Shown one piece after another: positions 1-6,917 of a stretch of 64,000 nt of DNA. Under the pieces are notes generated by a model. The model was not told where the DNA came from and did not search any database. It saw only the letters and a list, made by a program, of their open reading frames with translations. Origin of the DNA: an uncultured Alphaproteobacteria bacterium (GTDB lineage: Bacteria; Pseudomonadota; Alphaproteobacteria; Rs-D84); the NCBI GenBank assembly GCA_934232895.1, contig CAKQGH010000006.1, forward strand, positions 138 to 64,137. The letters are read 5' to 3'. A program made the position numbers and the translations under genes. Position 1 is the stretch's first letter. Every line of letters starts with the position of its first letter.

Positions 1-22
1 GCCAATCCCATCAGCTCCACCA
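1..22 (+). ncRNA. 3' end of a small RNA gene truncated by the window edge, with a tRNA/tmRNA-like terminus ...CAGCUCC-A-CCA
   Basis: The window opens inside GCCAATCCCATCAGCTCCACCA. CAGCTCC+A+CCA is the acceptor 3' strand, discriminator and CCA seen in tmRNA/tRNA-Ala-like RNAs. An intrinsic terminator follows at 32-61. No canonical T-arm can be drawn from the visible bases, so the identity is open. Confidence 0.3.
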
Positions 23-31
23 GGAAAATTC

Positions 32-61
32 AAACGCCGTTCATCGGCGTTTTAATTTTTT
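32..61 (+). terminator. Rho-independent terminator
   Basis: Stem-loop AAACGCCG-TTCAT-CGGCGTTT followed by TTTAATTTTTT. Confidence 0.6.
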
Positions 62-184
62 CGGAGCGGGACGAAAACACACGAGACGTGGGTTTGTACC
101 GCCGCAAAAAGGCAGACGTGAGTATGCCGGTTTGCGCCAGCAAATTTTGCAAGGTCGGCGAAGCCAATCCCATCAGCTCCACCA
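62..184 (+). ncRNA. Candidate small RNA, a second tandem copy ending in the same 22 nt ...CAGCUCCACCA
   Basis: 163-184 is identical to 1-22 and is again followed by a terminator. 5' GGAGC-GGGA (63-71) can pair with TCCC-atca-GCTCC (168-180) as an acceptor-like closing helix. At ~123 nt it is too long for a tRNA, and I see no D or T arm. Confidence 0.25.
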
Positions 185-190
185 AGAATC

Positions 191-215
191 AAATCGCCCT
201 TGTGGCGATTTTTTG
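191..215 (+). terminator. Rho-independent terminator
   Basis: AAATCGCC-CTTGT-GGCGATTT followed by a T run. Confidence 0.6.
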
Positions 216-300
216 TGGTAAATCGGGCCCTGCGGGGACAGATTTACCACTACCCCGGCACTTCGTGCCACCCAGTCGCTTGGCGAAGGGGATAGATTTA
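216..300. repeat. Palindromic intergenic repeat, inverted copy of the family also at 11093-11185, 26638-26714 and 48153-48266
   Basis: CCACTACCCCGGCACTTCGTGCCACCC is the reverse complement of GGGTGGCACGAAGTGCCGGGGTAGTGG found in the other copies. Flanking hairpins are GGTAAATC...GATTTACC and CGCTTGGCGAAGGGG. Confidence 0.6.
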
Positions 301-319
301 TGTTGTTGGCCGTTTATAC

Positions 320-348
320 TTGTATTTTTATATCAGACATTGTATAAT
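320..348 (+). promoter_or_regulatory. Sigma70-like promoter candidate (TTGTAT-17 nt-TATAAT)
   Basis: TTGTAT at 320-325 and a perfect TATAAT at 343-348 with a 17-nt spacer. It would drive a ~170-nt structured transcript or the leader of the 535-768 gene. Confidence 0.3.
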
Positions 349-493
349 TCGCGTGCAATGGCGGGTTGCCATTGTGGGGTTTAAGAGCCCGGTATAGAGC
401 GTCCGAGATGACGATACATCTCCAACCAAACCGGTTGGAGGGCGTGAATATATTGAATAAGCGCACTATACTCTATTATAGCTCTTAACCTCC

Positions 494-524
494 AGCCACC
501 TGAATTTTCTGGTGGTTTTCTTTT
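494..524 (+). terminator. Terminator/attenuator-like hairpin just upstream of the HTH gene
   Basis: AGCCACC-tgaattttct-GGTGGTT followed by TTTTCTTTT. It ends directly at the AGGGGG Shine-Dalgarno of the 535 start. Confidence 0.3.
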
Positions 525-534
525 AGGGGGCAAT

Positions 535-768
535 ATGAGAATTGGACTGGAAATAGAACAAATCCGCCAGGAATTGGGATTGTCGGTTGTATTTATGTGC
601 AATGCAATGGATTTAACCACGGGCGAATATCAAAAACTGTTATGTGGGCGATACCGATTAAATATATTCCAGTTGATTGGCTTTATTGGTGCAACATGTC
701 ACCCTTTGCCGTTGAATGAACACCCGTCGCTGCTCTATCCCGCCACGACACAAAGAAAAAATGGGTAA
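535..768 (+). CDS. Small XRE-family helix-turn-helix protein (77 aa)
   Basis: IGLEIEQIRQELGLSVVFMCNAMDLTTGEYQKLLCGRYRLNIFQLIGFI fits the HTH_3 spacing pattern. A strong SD (AGGGGG) lies 5 nt upstream of the ATG. Confidence 0.5.
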   Translation: MRIGLEIEQIRQELGLSVVFMCNAMDLTTGEYQKLLCGRYRLNIFQLIGFIGATCHPLPLNEHPSLLYPATTQRKNG

Positions 769-826
769 GTGATTTAGTGATATAGTGATGAAATAAATAC
801 AGTTTTAGAAAAGAGAACTTAAAAAC

Positions 827-1037
827 TTGTCATTCCCGCTCCGGGCCCCACGAAATTGAAAATTTCGTGGGTGGGCAAAGGCGGGAATAGGGTCTTGGAA
901 ATTGCTCTCGTTCATTGTTGTACAATATTTGGTAAAAGGCGGCGTATACCAATATTACCGTATTCCGCAATGTTCTGTGTTTGGCTCGTTGCACTCGCAC
1001 TGCATAGTCCCTATTCCTGCCTACGCAGGAATGACAA
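827..1037 (+). mobile_element. MITE-like element copy 1 (~175-bp core, ~30-bp hairpin-forming terminal inverted repeats) carrying a 41-nt hairpin insertion at 840-880
   Basis: Termini are TTGTCATTCCCGC...GCGGGAATAGGGTC and GTCCCTATTCCTGCCTACGCAGGAATGACAA. The core is colinear with 26336-26508 and 47726-47900, and inverted at 26952-27164. No coding capacity. Confidence 0.7.
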
Positions 1038-1090
1038 TTAGCAGGTGCGCCAATGGCGCAACCCATTGCTCTCTGCTCTTTGCGCTCTAT

Positions 1091-1118
1091 AAAAAAACGC
1101 GCCGGGGCGCGTTTTTTT
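1091..1118. terminator. Bidirectional rho-independent terminator
   Basis: Perfect palindrome AAAAAAACGCGCC-GG-GGCGCGTTTTTTT with A and T runs on both sides. It abuts the stop of the minus-strand 1117-1434 gene. Confidence 0.6.
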
Positions 1119-1434
1119 ATCGTAATCCCATTGCGCGGCAACATGCCGATGCGCCACTGCGCCAATCGGAATATTGTTCGGTTGGGTTGCGCAAACTGCG
1201 CCATGGTTGCCAACCGCTGCATTTTTTTGCGGCGCCGGTTCCAGTGCATTTGACATAGCGGCGCAAACTGCATGTTTGGTCGGAAACCTTGCCCATATCG
1301 GTTGTGCATTTTACAACCACATTTTGATTGCGGGCGTCGTTTTTGCCCAGTTCCTTGGACGACAAAACCTGGTACGCGGATGCGGTGCATACCGATGTCA
1401 GCACAATCATAAATGCCATCATAAAGCGTTTCAT
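1117..1434 (-). CDS. Small secreted protein, hypothetical (105 aa)
   Basis: Signal peptide MKRFMMAFMIVLTSVCTASA. SD AGGGGG lies 4 nt upstream. Five further Cys in the mature part. Confidence 0.5.
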   Translation of the reverse strand: MKRFMMAFMIVLTSVCTASAYQVLSSKELGKNDARNQNVVVKCTTDMGKVSDQTCSLRRYVKCTGTGAAKKCSGWQPWRSLRNPTEQYSDWRSGASACCRAMGLR

Positions 1435-1524
1435 AATGCCCCCTGTCCTGCTGGTGTTCTTGTTATATATATTATTATATATATTATAAGAATTCGTGGC
1501 AATAATTACAATGGGAAAATTTTA

Positions 1525-3189
1525 TCAATCGTTGTGCGTGGTCCACGGGTCTTCGTTCATAATCAGATAATAAATTGATGGGTTGTCGGTTCCGGGGTTG
1601 CGCAATATTGGCCGCACAACATATATGTCAACATCGCATGCGTTGTTGTTTGCATCAGATTGCGTTTCGGTCAAATCTTGATAGAATTTTGCCGCCATAT
1701 CCATGGCCTGCAAATATGCGGCATCGTCGTCGGCGGGACTGATTGTGTCGCCCAACCACATCAGCCACATTCCATGATTGACAATATTTTCTTGTCCCGC
1801 CAGGTCATCCGCCGACAGCAACAACAGCGGCGCAAATTCAACGCCACTGGTGAATTCGCCGGTGCTGGTTTCGGTCCAATCGTACATGCCGCCAATAAAT
1901 TTGATTGCACCATATATTACGCCGCCGGTGGCCTCCATCTTGGCCAACATGCCGGCACTGCGCATGGTGGAATTGAACAACCAATCGCGAATGCGCCCCG
2001 ATACGGCACTGCTGCGTGCAATGCGTCCCCCGCGGTTCAGCATTTTATTGCCGGTGTTTGCCGCACGCAATGCGCGCCAACCGCGGGCGACAACATTTCC
2101 GCGTTGGGCGGTTTTCAGTCCACGCAGCGCGTGGCGATATTTGTTTATTTCGGCATAACTTTTTGTTGCCTGGTTATATTGTTTTACCTGGTCCGATGTT
2201 TGTTCCATTTCGCGCATAGATTTGGCCAAATCGGCAACCTGGTCCGATTTGCGTGCATATTCGGTGGCATTTGCGGCGCGATCTATTTTCTTTAATTCAT
2301 CCGCCGCGCGGGCATATTGTTGCGACACGCGGATATAGTCGCGAACGGCGTCGGTTTTTGCCAATGTACGGATGGTATTGCCCAAATTTTTCAGTGTGCG
2401 CGATGCGCGCGCGGCCTTGGTCGTGCCCAGCAAAACCGTGCCGCCGCCGGCGGTCACAACGGTTATGGCCACATCCAGCCCTATTTCCAAATACGACACC
2501 CAACGCAAATCGGCATCGCCGGCAACATAGTAATCGTTTGAATCATCGTCCAATCCAACGGTTTTATGCATGGCCACATTTATCATATCACTGTCGTTGG
2601 CGAATGCGCTTTTACTGGTACAGCGGGCGTTTTGTGGGTACAATTCATCAATGTTGTTTTTTATATATTCCAATGAAATTGTATGGTTCGTGCCGGCGGC
2701 GGCAAATCGGTCCAATGCGCCGTGCTGTACAACCATAATGGCGTACCATGCCGGGTCTGTATTGGTCCATACGGCATTGTCACCATCGCCACCAATGCGC
2801 GGGCTGTCCCCCGCCGGGGGCATTGCGGCACGCGTGGCCAACATTAAACGTTGGTGTAAAATTTTTGGTTGGGTTTCGTAATTGATAACTATTTCGCGGC
2901 CGCCCGGGAAAGTATATTTTATTGGCAAAAATTTCACCGTTTCGGTTATGTCAATGCCCGCAATTTCGGGGCACGCCAAAACAGTACGCAAAACATTTGC
3001 ATCGGCAAATGTTTTATGCACCCATTGTTGGATAACAATTTCATCATCGGTTTCAGAAACTGTGTTTGCCGTTGCAGCCAACGCATTTGCAAATGCCGCC
3101 GTCGCACATTCTGTGGCTTCAACCGTCGCACGTGCGGCACTGGCCCACAGACATATACATAATGCACAAAATGCGATTTGAATTCGCAT
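1525..3189 (-). CDS. Secreted hypothetical protein (554 aa) with a central coiled-coil-like region
   Basis: N-terminal signal peptide MRIQIAFCALCICLWASAARA. Long uninterrupted ORF. No motif I recognise. Confidence 0.8.
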   Translation of the reverse strand: MRIQIAFCALCICLWASAARATVEATECATAAFANALAATANTVSETDDEIVIQQWVHKTFADANVLRTVLACPEIAGIDITETVKFLPIKYTFPGGREIVINYETQPKILHQRLMLATRAAMPPAGDSPRIGGDGDNAVWTNTDPAWYAIMVVQHGALDRFAAAGTNHTISLEYIKNNIDELYPQNARCTSKSAFANDSDMINVAMHKTVGLDDDSNDYYVAGDADLRWVSYLEIGLDVAITVVTAGGGTVLLGTTKAARASRTLKNLGNTIRTLAKTDAVRDYIRVSQQYARAADELKKIDRAANATEYARKSDQVADLAKSMREMEQTSDQVKQYNQATKSYAEINKYRHALRGLKTAQRGNVVARGWRALRAANTGNKMLNRGGRIARSSAVSGRIRDWLFNSTMRSAGMLAKMEATGGVIYGAIKFIGGMYDWTETSTGEFTSGVEFAPLLLLSADDLAGQENIVNHGMWLMWLGDTISPADDDAAYLQAMDMAAKFYQDLTETQSDANNNACDVDIYVVRPILRNPGTDNPSIYYLIMNEDPWTTHND

Positions 3190-3193
3190 GTTT

Positions 3194-4399
3194 TTATTTC
3201 AATCCAAATCCTGTATCCGTGTTTTGGGTCCCACAGAAATCAATTATACGCTGACGCTCGGTCTGGATATTTTTAATGGCAGTCGCATACGGATCGGCGG
3301 CTGATGCCGCACCCGGCGCATTTGGCGAAACCACGGCGGTGCCACTTGGTGTGCCGCCGGCAACGCCGCCATCAGATGTATAGCATGTATTACCAGATTT
3401 TGTATATCCCGCCTTGCACACCCAATTCCAACAGAAATTTTCCGTGTCTGGTTGGTATTCAATGTATTCTTCCAGACCGCGCAATGGGGCCTCGCCGCAG
3501 AAACGATATTGACATTCCGGTTCCCAAAAATCGTCTTGCCACAGACCGTCCCACCACGATAATTCTTTGTCGGCCCAAGTTTCGGAACCCTTTTTTATGT
3601 CGCCCTGTAAACAGCGGCGCACACCGTATGCAATGGGTTGGCCATTGGAATCGTTCACGGCGCAAAACATATAGTCGCCAATTTCCGCCTGACGCTGACC
3701 CTTGTTAAATGCGGTGTGACAGCATGTAAATGCACCAGTAATCGGGTCATCCAAACAATCTGTTTCAGAAAACAATTGTGAACCAGTGATTGCGCCGCCC
3801 AGGACCGCACCAACACCCGCAGCAACGGCGGTTCCGATGCCTGGCACAAAACTGCCAACGCCGGCGCCGGCCGTGCCCCCACCAACAACGCCACTGACAA
3901 CATCCCAAGCAGAATGTTTCGTATTGCCAGATGTGGCCGAGACAACGGCGGCTGTGCCCCCCACAATTGCCACCCCGCCAGCAACCTTGGCCTTGGTGGA
4001 CATACCCTTCCAATTGTTTTTGACTGCGGTACCAAATCCGGTTTTCGTGGTATTGGGCGTGTTGACAACCGCAGGTGCCGCGCCGGCGTTGCTGGGGGTT
4101 GATGCATTCGCCGCGGGCACTGATGTAGATGTTGTCGCGGTTGGTGCAGATGCTGCGGGGGCAGATGTAGATGTTGTCGTCGCAGTCGGGGTGGTCACCG
4201 GCGCGGCATTAGGATTTATACCATTCGCCGGCATACCCGTCGTATTGATAAATTGTCCGGTTACTGCATCACGCCACCTGTGGTCTGACAGACTTTGTAC
4301 GGGAACAACATTCGGATCATTCCAATTTAATGCCCAGGCGTCGCCCAGTAATGCGCACAATGAACATAAACTGATAAAATATACATGATTAAATCTCAT
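3194..4399 (-). CDS. Secreted/membrane hypothetical protein (401 aa): Thr/Ala/Pro-rich linker, glycine-zipper segment, Cys/Trp-rich C-terminal domain
   Basis: Start chosen at MRFNHVYFISLCSLCALLGDAWA (signal peptide). Its ATG overlaps the upstream stop as TGATG. GTAGAGVGSFVPGIGTAVAAGVGAVLGGAITGSQ resembles glycine-zipper 2TM (Rick_17kDa_Anti-like) segments. Confidence 0.75.
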   Translation of the reverse strand: MRFNHVYFISLCSLCALLGDAWALNWNDPNVVPVQSLSDHRWRDAVTGQFINTTGMPANGINPNAAPVTTPTATTTSTSAPAASAPTATTSTSVPAANASTPSNAGAAPAVVNTPNTTKTGFGTAVKNNWKGMSTKAKVAGGVAIVGGTAAVVSATSGNTKHSAWDVVSGVVGGGTAGAGVGSFVPGIGTAVAAGVGAVLGGAITGSQLFSETDCLDDPITGAFTCCHTAFNKGQRQAEIGDYMFCAVNDSNGQPIAYGVRRCLQGDIKKGSETWADKELSWWDGLWQDDFWEPECQYRFCGEAPLRGLEEYIEYQPDTENFCWNWVCKAGYTKSGNTCYTSDGGVAGGTPSGTAVVSPNAPGAASAADPYATAIKNIQTERQRIIDFCGTQNTDTGFGLK

Positions 4400-5304
4400 C
4401 AATATACCCCCTGGGTCTGACAACTGGTAAATGGTACGCCCGCCGATTGACATTTTTTCAATGCAGCCAAATCGGCGTCCAATATCGTCAATTTTTGAAA
4501 ATATTTTGTACAGTATGCGGCGCGGCGTGATGCCTGGCGTTGCAAATATTGTTCTTCGCTTTCAATATTTAATTGTTTATATGCCGAGGTGTCTTTGTAT
4601 GGTGCGTATCCAGCGGCCGCGTTTTCCACGCGTTCGGTAAATGATGCGTCGGCAATTGTCGTTGGGAATGCGGCGCGTTCAACATGCTCGGTCCCGGCAC
4701 CATTTTGTGCCTGTAATGTTTCCAATGTTTCGGCGCGCTGTTTCATTTCGGTGCCCCACTCCACACCGTTCCATGTTGGCGATTGTGGTTCGTATGGATT
4801 ATCTATTTTGAATTCAGAATTGGCCGATGTGTTGGCGGCGGTTGCCGTCGGAAATGCCGTTGCGCGGCCCGATTTTGGCGCCGCAATGGCATAATTCGAT
4901 TTGTATTCGGCAAATGTTGTGTCAATAAAACCCGCGCATGGCGTCACATAGTTGTGGTTCGGCAAACTGGCCAATTGAACGGTCAATGCCGGGCGGGCGT
5001 CATCCAAACTGACCCCGATGCAATTATTATGCGTTTGGCAATACGATGCAACCAACGCCGAAACAACGCGTGCGCAATCGCCCGTGTCAACATCGGTGCC
5101 CTGGGCATATACCGGTTGTGGCATACGCTGGTTATATGGGCTGGACGGTGTCCAAAATGGATTAGACGAATAATTTTGCACATTTTGAATTTGCCCGTAT
5201 TGCGACATAATCTTTGGCGTTGCGGCATTCAGCGCGCCCGCACTAAATAAAGAGCAGAGAGCAGAGAGCAGAGAGCAATGAAAAAATAGTTTATTTTTTA
5301 TCAT
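4399..5304 (-). CDS. Secreted hypothetical protein (301 aa)
   Basis: Signal peptide MIKNKLFFHCSLLSALCSLFSAGALNA. The hydrophobic core of the signal peptide is encoded by the (GAGAGCA)n inverted-repeat arm of the neighbouring cassette. Confidence 0.7.
   Translation of the reverse strand: MIKNKLFFHCSLLSALCSLFSAGALNAATPKIMSQYGQIQNVQNYSSNPFWTPSSPYNQRMPQPVYAQGTDVDTGDCARVVSALVASYCQTHNNCIGVSLDDARPALTVQLASLPNHNYVTPCAGFIDTTFAEYKSNYAIAAPKSGRATAFPTATAANTSANSEFKIDNPYEPQSPTWNGVEWGTEMKQRAETLETLQAQNGAGTEHVERAAFPTTIADASFTERVENAAAGYAPYKDTSAYKQLNIESEEQYLQRQASRRAAYCTKYFQKLTILDADLAALKKCQSAGVPFTSCQTQGVY
5249..5286. repeat. Inverted-repeat arm (GAGAGCA heptamer array) of four-helix-bundle cassette 1
   Basis: 5261-5281 GCAGAGAGCAGAGAGCAATGA is the perfect reverse complement of 5686-5706. 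Confidence 0.85.
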
Positions 5305-5689
5305 CGTGTTTTTTCTTTTTTGTGTTTTGTTCTGGTTTAATATTCTTTTCCGTCGTTTTTGTTGTTGCCGCCAACATGCGTATCAGTTCTTTACAATCAC
5401 GGGTCATAGAATTGTACGATTTGTTGTCGATATAATCGGTTTCTTTCAGCAAGCGCAGCCAGTACAAAGTCTCGGAACATTCTTTATAGGCGATGTATAT
5501 TTTTGCCAGAAAGTCTGATTTCGTAATGGCACAGTCCGCTTCGGATATATTGGCGCCAATACTGGTTCCAGAACGCAAAATCTGTTTAGACAGAACAAAC
5601 TCTTGCTGATTGGTGCACAAAAATTTGTACAGATTTATAATCCGTATCGCAAATTTTGTGCTTTTTCCCAGGGCTATGTTCTCTCTCAT
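5291..5689 (-). CDS. Four-helix-bundle protein (23S rRNA intervening-sequence protein / Avd-like family), 132 aa
   Basis: MRENIALGKSTKFAIRIINLYKFL...ILRSGTSIGANISEADCAITKSDFLAKIYIAYKECSETLYWLRLL is the TIGR02436/PF05635 signature as I recall it. It is a paralog of 24847-25230. An alternative upstream start is at 5710. Confidence 0.85.
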   Translation of the reverse strand: MRENIALGKSTKFAIRIINLYKFLCTNQQEFVLSKQILRSGTSIGANISEADCAITKSDFLAKIYIAYKECSETLYWLRLLKETDYIDNKSYNSMTRDCKELIRMLAATTKTTEKNIKPEQNTKKKKHDDKK

Positions 5690-5721
5690 TGCTCTCTGCT
5701 CTCTGCGCATTGCTCTCTTTT
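5679..5721. repeat. Inverted-repeat arm (TGCTCTC heptamer array) of cassette 1
   Basis: 5686-5706 TCATTGCTCTCTGCTCTCTGC pairs perfectly (21 bp) with 5261-5281. It contains the start codon of the four-helix-bundle gene. Confidence 0.85.
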
Positions 5722-5729
5722 AATAATAA

Positions 5730-6200
5730 CTATATCAAAAATGCCATTGTTATTAAAGCCAAAATTATGCCGGTGATAAAGAACGGTGCAAACGGAATAT
5801 ATTTCTGGTGTTTGGCGGCGGCCCACACGGCGCCGGTCACACATGCCACAATCAACGCCAGTGATACGCCCTGGACCCCGGCCCACACACCGCCGGTTGC
5901 AATCAGTTTGATATCGCCCATGCCAATTGGGGTGCTGGCATCTGGATTTTTCCAGCGACGCACCACATCAAATACAAAACCGGTTCCGGCCGCCAATGCA
6001 TATCCAAACGCCGCACCAATTGCCGCACCGCGCGGTCCAACCGGCCAAACGAACCAATTTGTTATCAACAATCCAATCAGCATCAATGGCCACAGAAACG
6101 CATCGGGTATAATACGGCGGCGCAAATCGGCCCGCGAAATTTGCCACGCGCACCACAATGCAATGCCCAGTAAAATAATGAAAAAGATTTGCCAAATCAT
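5730..6200 (-). CDS. A24-family prepilin peptidase (CpaA-like), 156 aa
   Basis: MIWQIFFIILLGIALWCAWQISRADLRRRIIPD...GMGDIKLIATGGVWAG carries the two Asp motifs typical of type IV prepilin peptidases. SD GGGGGA is present. The 326-aa track ORF is an antisense artefact upstream of 6200. Confidence 0.8.
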   Translation of the reverse strand: MIWQIFFIILLGIALWCAWQISRADLRRRIIPDAFLWPLMLIGLLITNWFVWPVGPRGAAIGAAFGYALAAGTGFVFDVVRRWKNPDASTPIGMGDIKLIATGGVWAGVQGVSLALIVACVTGAVWAAAKHQKYIPFAPFFITGIILALITMAFLI

Positions 6201-6276
6201 ATTTTTCCCCCTTGCCTTTCGATTCGGAACTGTGATAGAATTATACCATAAAAAGTACAACAGAGGTTGATATAAA

Positions 6277-6897
6277 ATGAGCAAGGGTTGGGATAACACA
6301 GCACTGAAAAAATTAAAAGCCCTGATGGGCAAGGGTTTGTCCACATCGGAAATCGGTAAAAAATTGGGCATCAGTAAAAACGCCGTTGTTGGCAAATTGA
6401 ACCGGTTGGGCTGGAATGCCAAGGCGGGCGCCACCGCGGCAAAGACCGCACCGGAAAAAAAGGCGACAAAATCGGTTGCATCGGCCCCGACCAAAAAGCC
6501 GGCGGCCAAGAAAACGACCACAAGCGCAAAGCCGGCCAAGGCAACCACGGCCAAGGCGCCAGCGATCAAACCGACCAAGGTCACGCCCGCAAAGAAAGCG
6601 GCCCCGGCCAAATCTGCACCGGCCAAGAAAGCGCCGGCCAAGGCACCGACCCCAGCACCCAAGGCGCCAGCCAAGGAACCCAAATCATTAAGCAATAAAA
6701 CACTGGCCATGCACCAGCGTATAATCCAACATTCGTTGGAAATGGCAAACCTGAAACCGAATCAGTGCCGTTGGCCAATTGGCGATCCGGATTCTGAAAA
6801 TTTCCATTTTTGTGGGGAAACTGTGTTTGTGGGTAAACCATATTGCTATGAGCATTGTAAACAGGCATATCAATTTACACCGCCAAAGAAAAAATAA
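6277..6897 (+). CDS. gcrA: GcrA cell-cycle regulator
   Basis: N-terminus WDNTALKKLKALMGKGLSTSEIGKKLGISKNAVVGKLNRLGW and C-terminus CRWPIGDPDSENFHFCG...GKPYCYEHCKQAY are the GcrA (PF07750) hallmarks. The central linker is Ala/Lys/Pro-rich. Confidence 0.9.
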   Translation: MSKGWDNTALKKLKALMGKGLSTSEIGKKLGISKNAVVGKLNRLGWNAKAGATAAKTAPEKKATKSVASAPTKKPAAKKTTTSAKPAKATTAKAPAIKPTKVTPAKKAAPAKSAPAKKAPAKAPTPAPKAPAKEPKSLSNKTLAMHQRIIQHSLEMANLKPNQCRWPIGDPDSENFHFCGETVFVGKPYCYEHCKQAYQFTPPKKK

Positions 6898-6917
6898 CTA
6901 AATGTGGGGAACGCATC

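Noticed and set aside
1-184. Permuted two-piece alphaproteobacterial tmRNA (acceptor piece ending at 22, coding piece starting at 63)
   Set aside because: The would-be 5' acceptor strand GGAGCGG gives A3-U70 instead of G3-U70. No tag-like reading frame ending in ...AA-stop is visible. The second segment ends with the same 22 nt as the first, which does not fit a coding piece. The region is left as unidentified RNA.
88-384. 98-aa plus-strand ORF at the window start
   Set aside because: It runs through the RNA-like segment, two terminators and a palindromic repeat copy. It has no SD.
6201-6710. N-terminal 170-aa extension of the prepilin-peptidase ORF (track ORF 5730-6710)
   Set aside because: It is the antisense reading of the Ala/Lys/Pro-rich linker of gcrA, giving Ala/Gly/Leu/Val low complexity. 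It overlaps a well-supported gene. A proper SD plus ATG exists at 6200.
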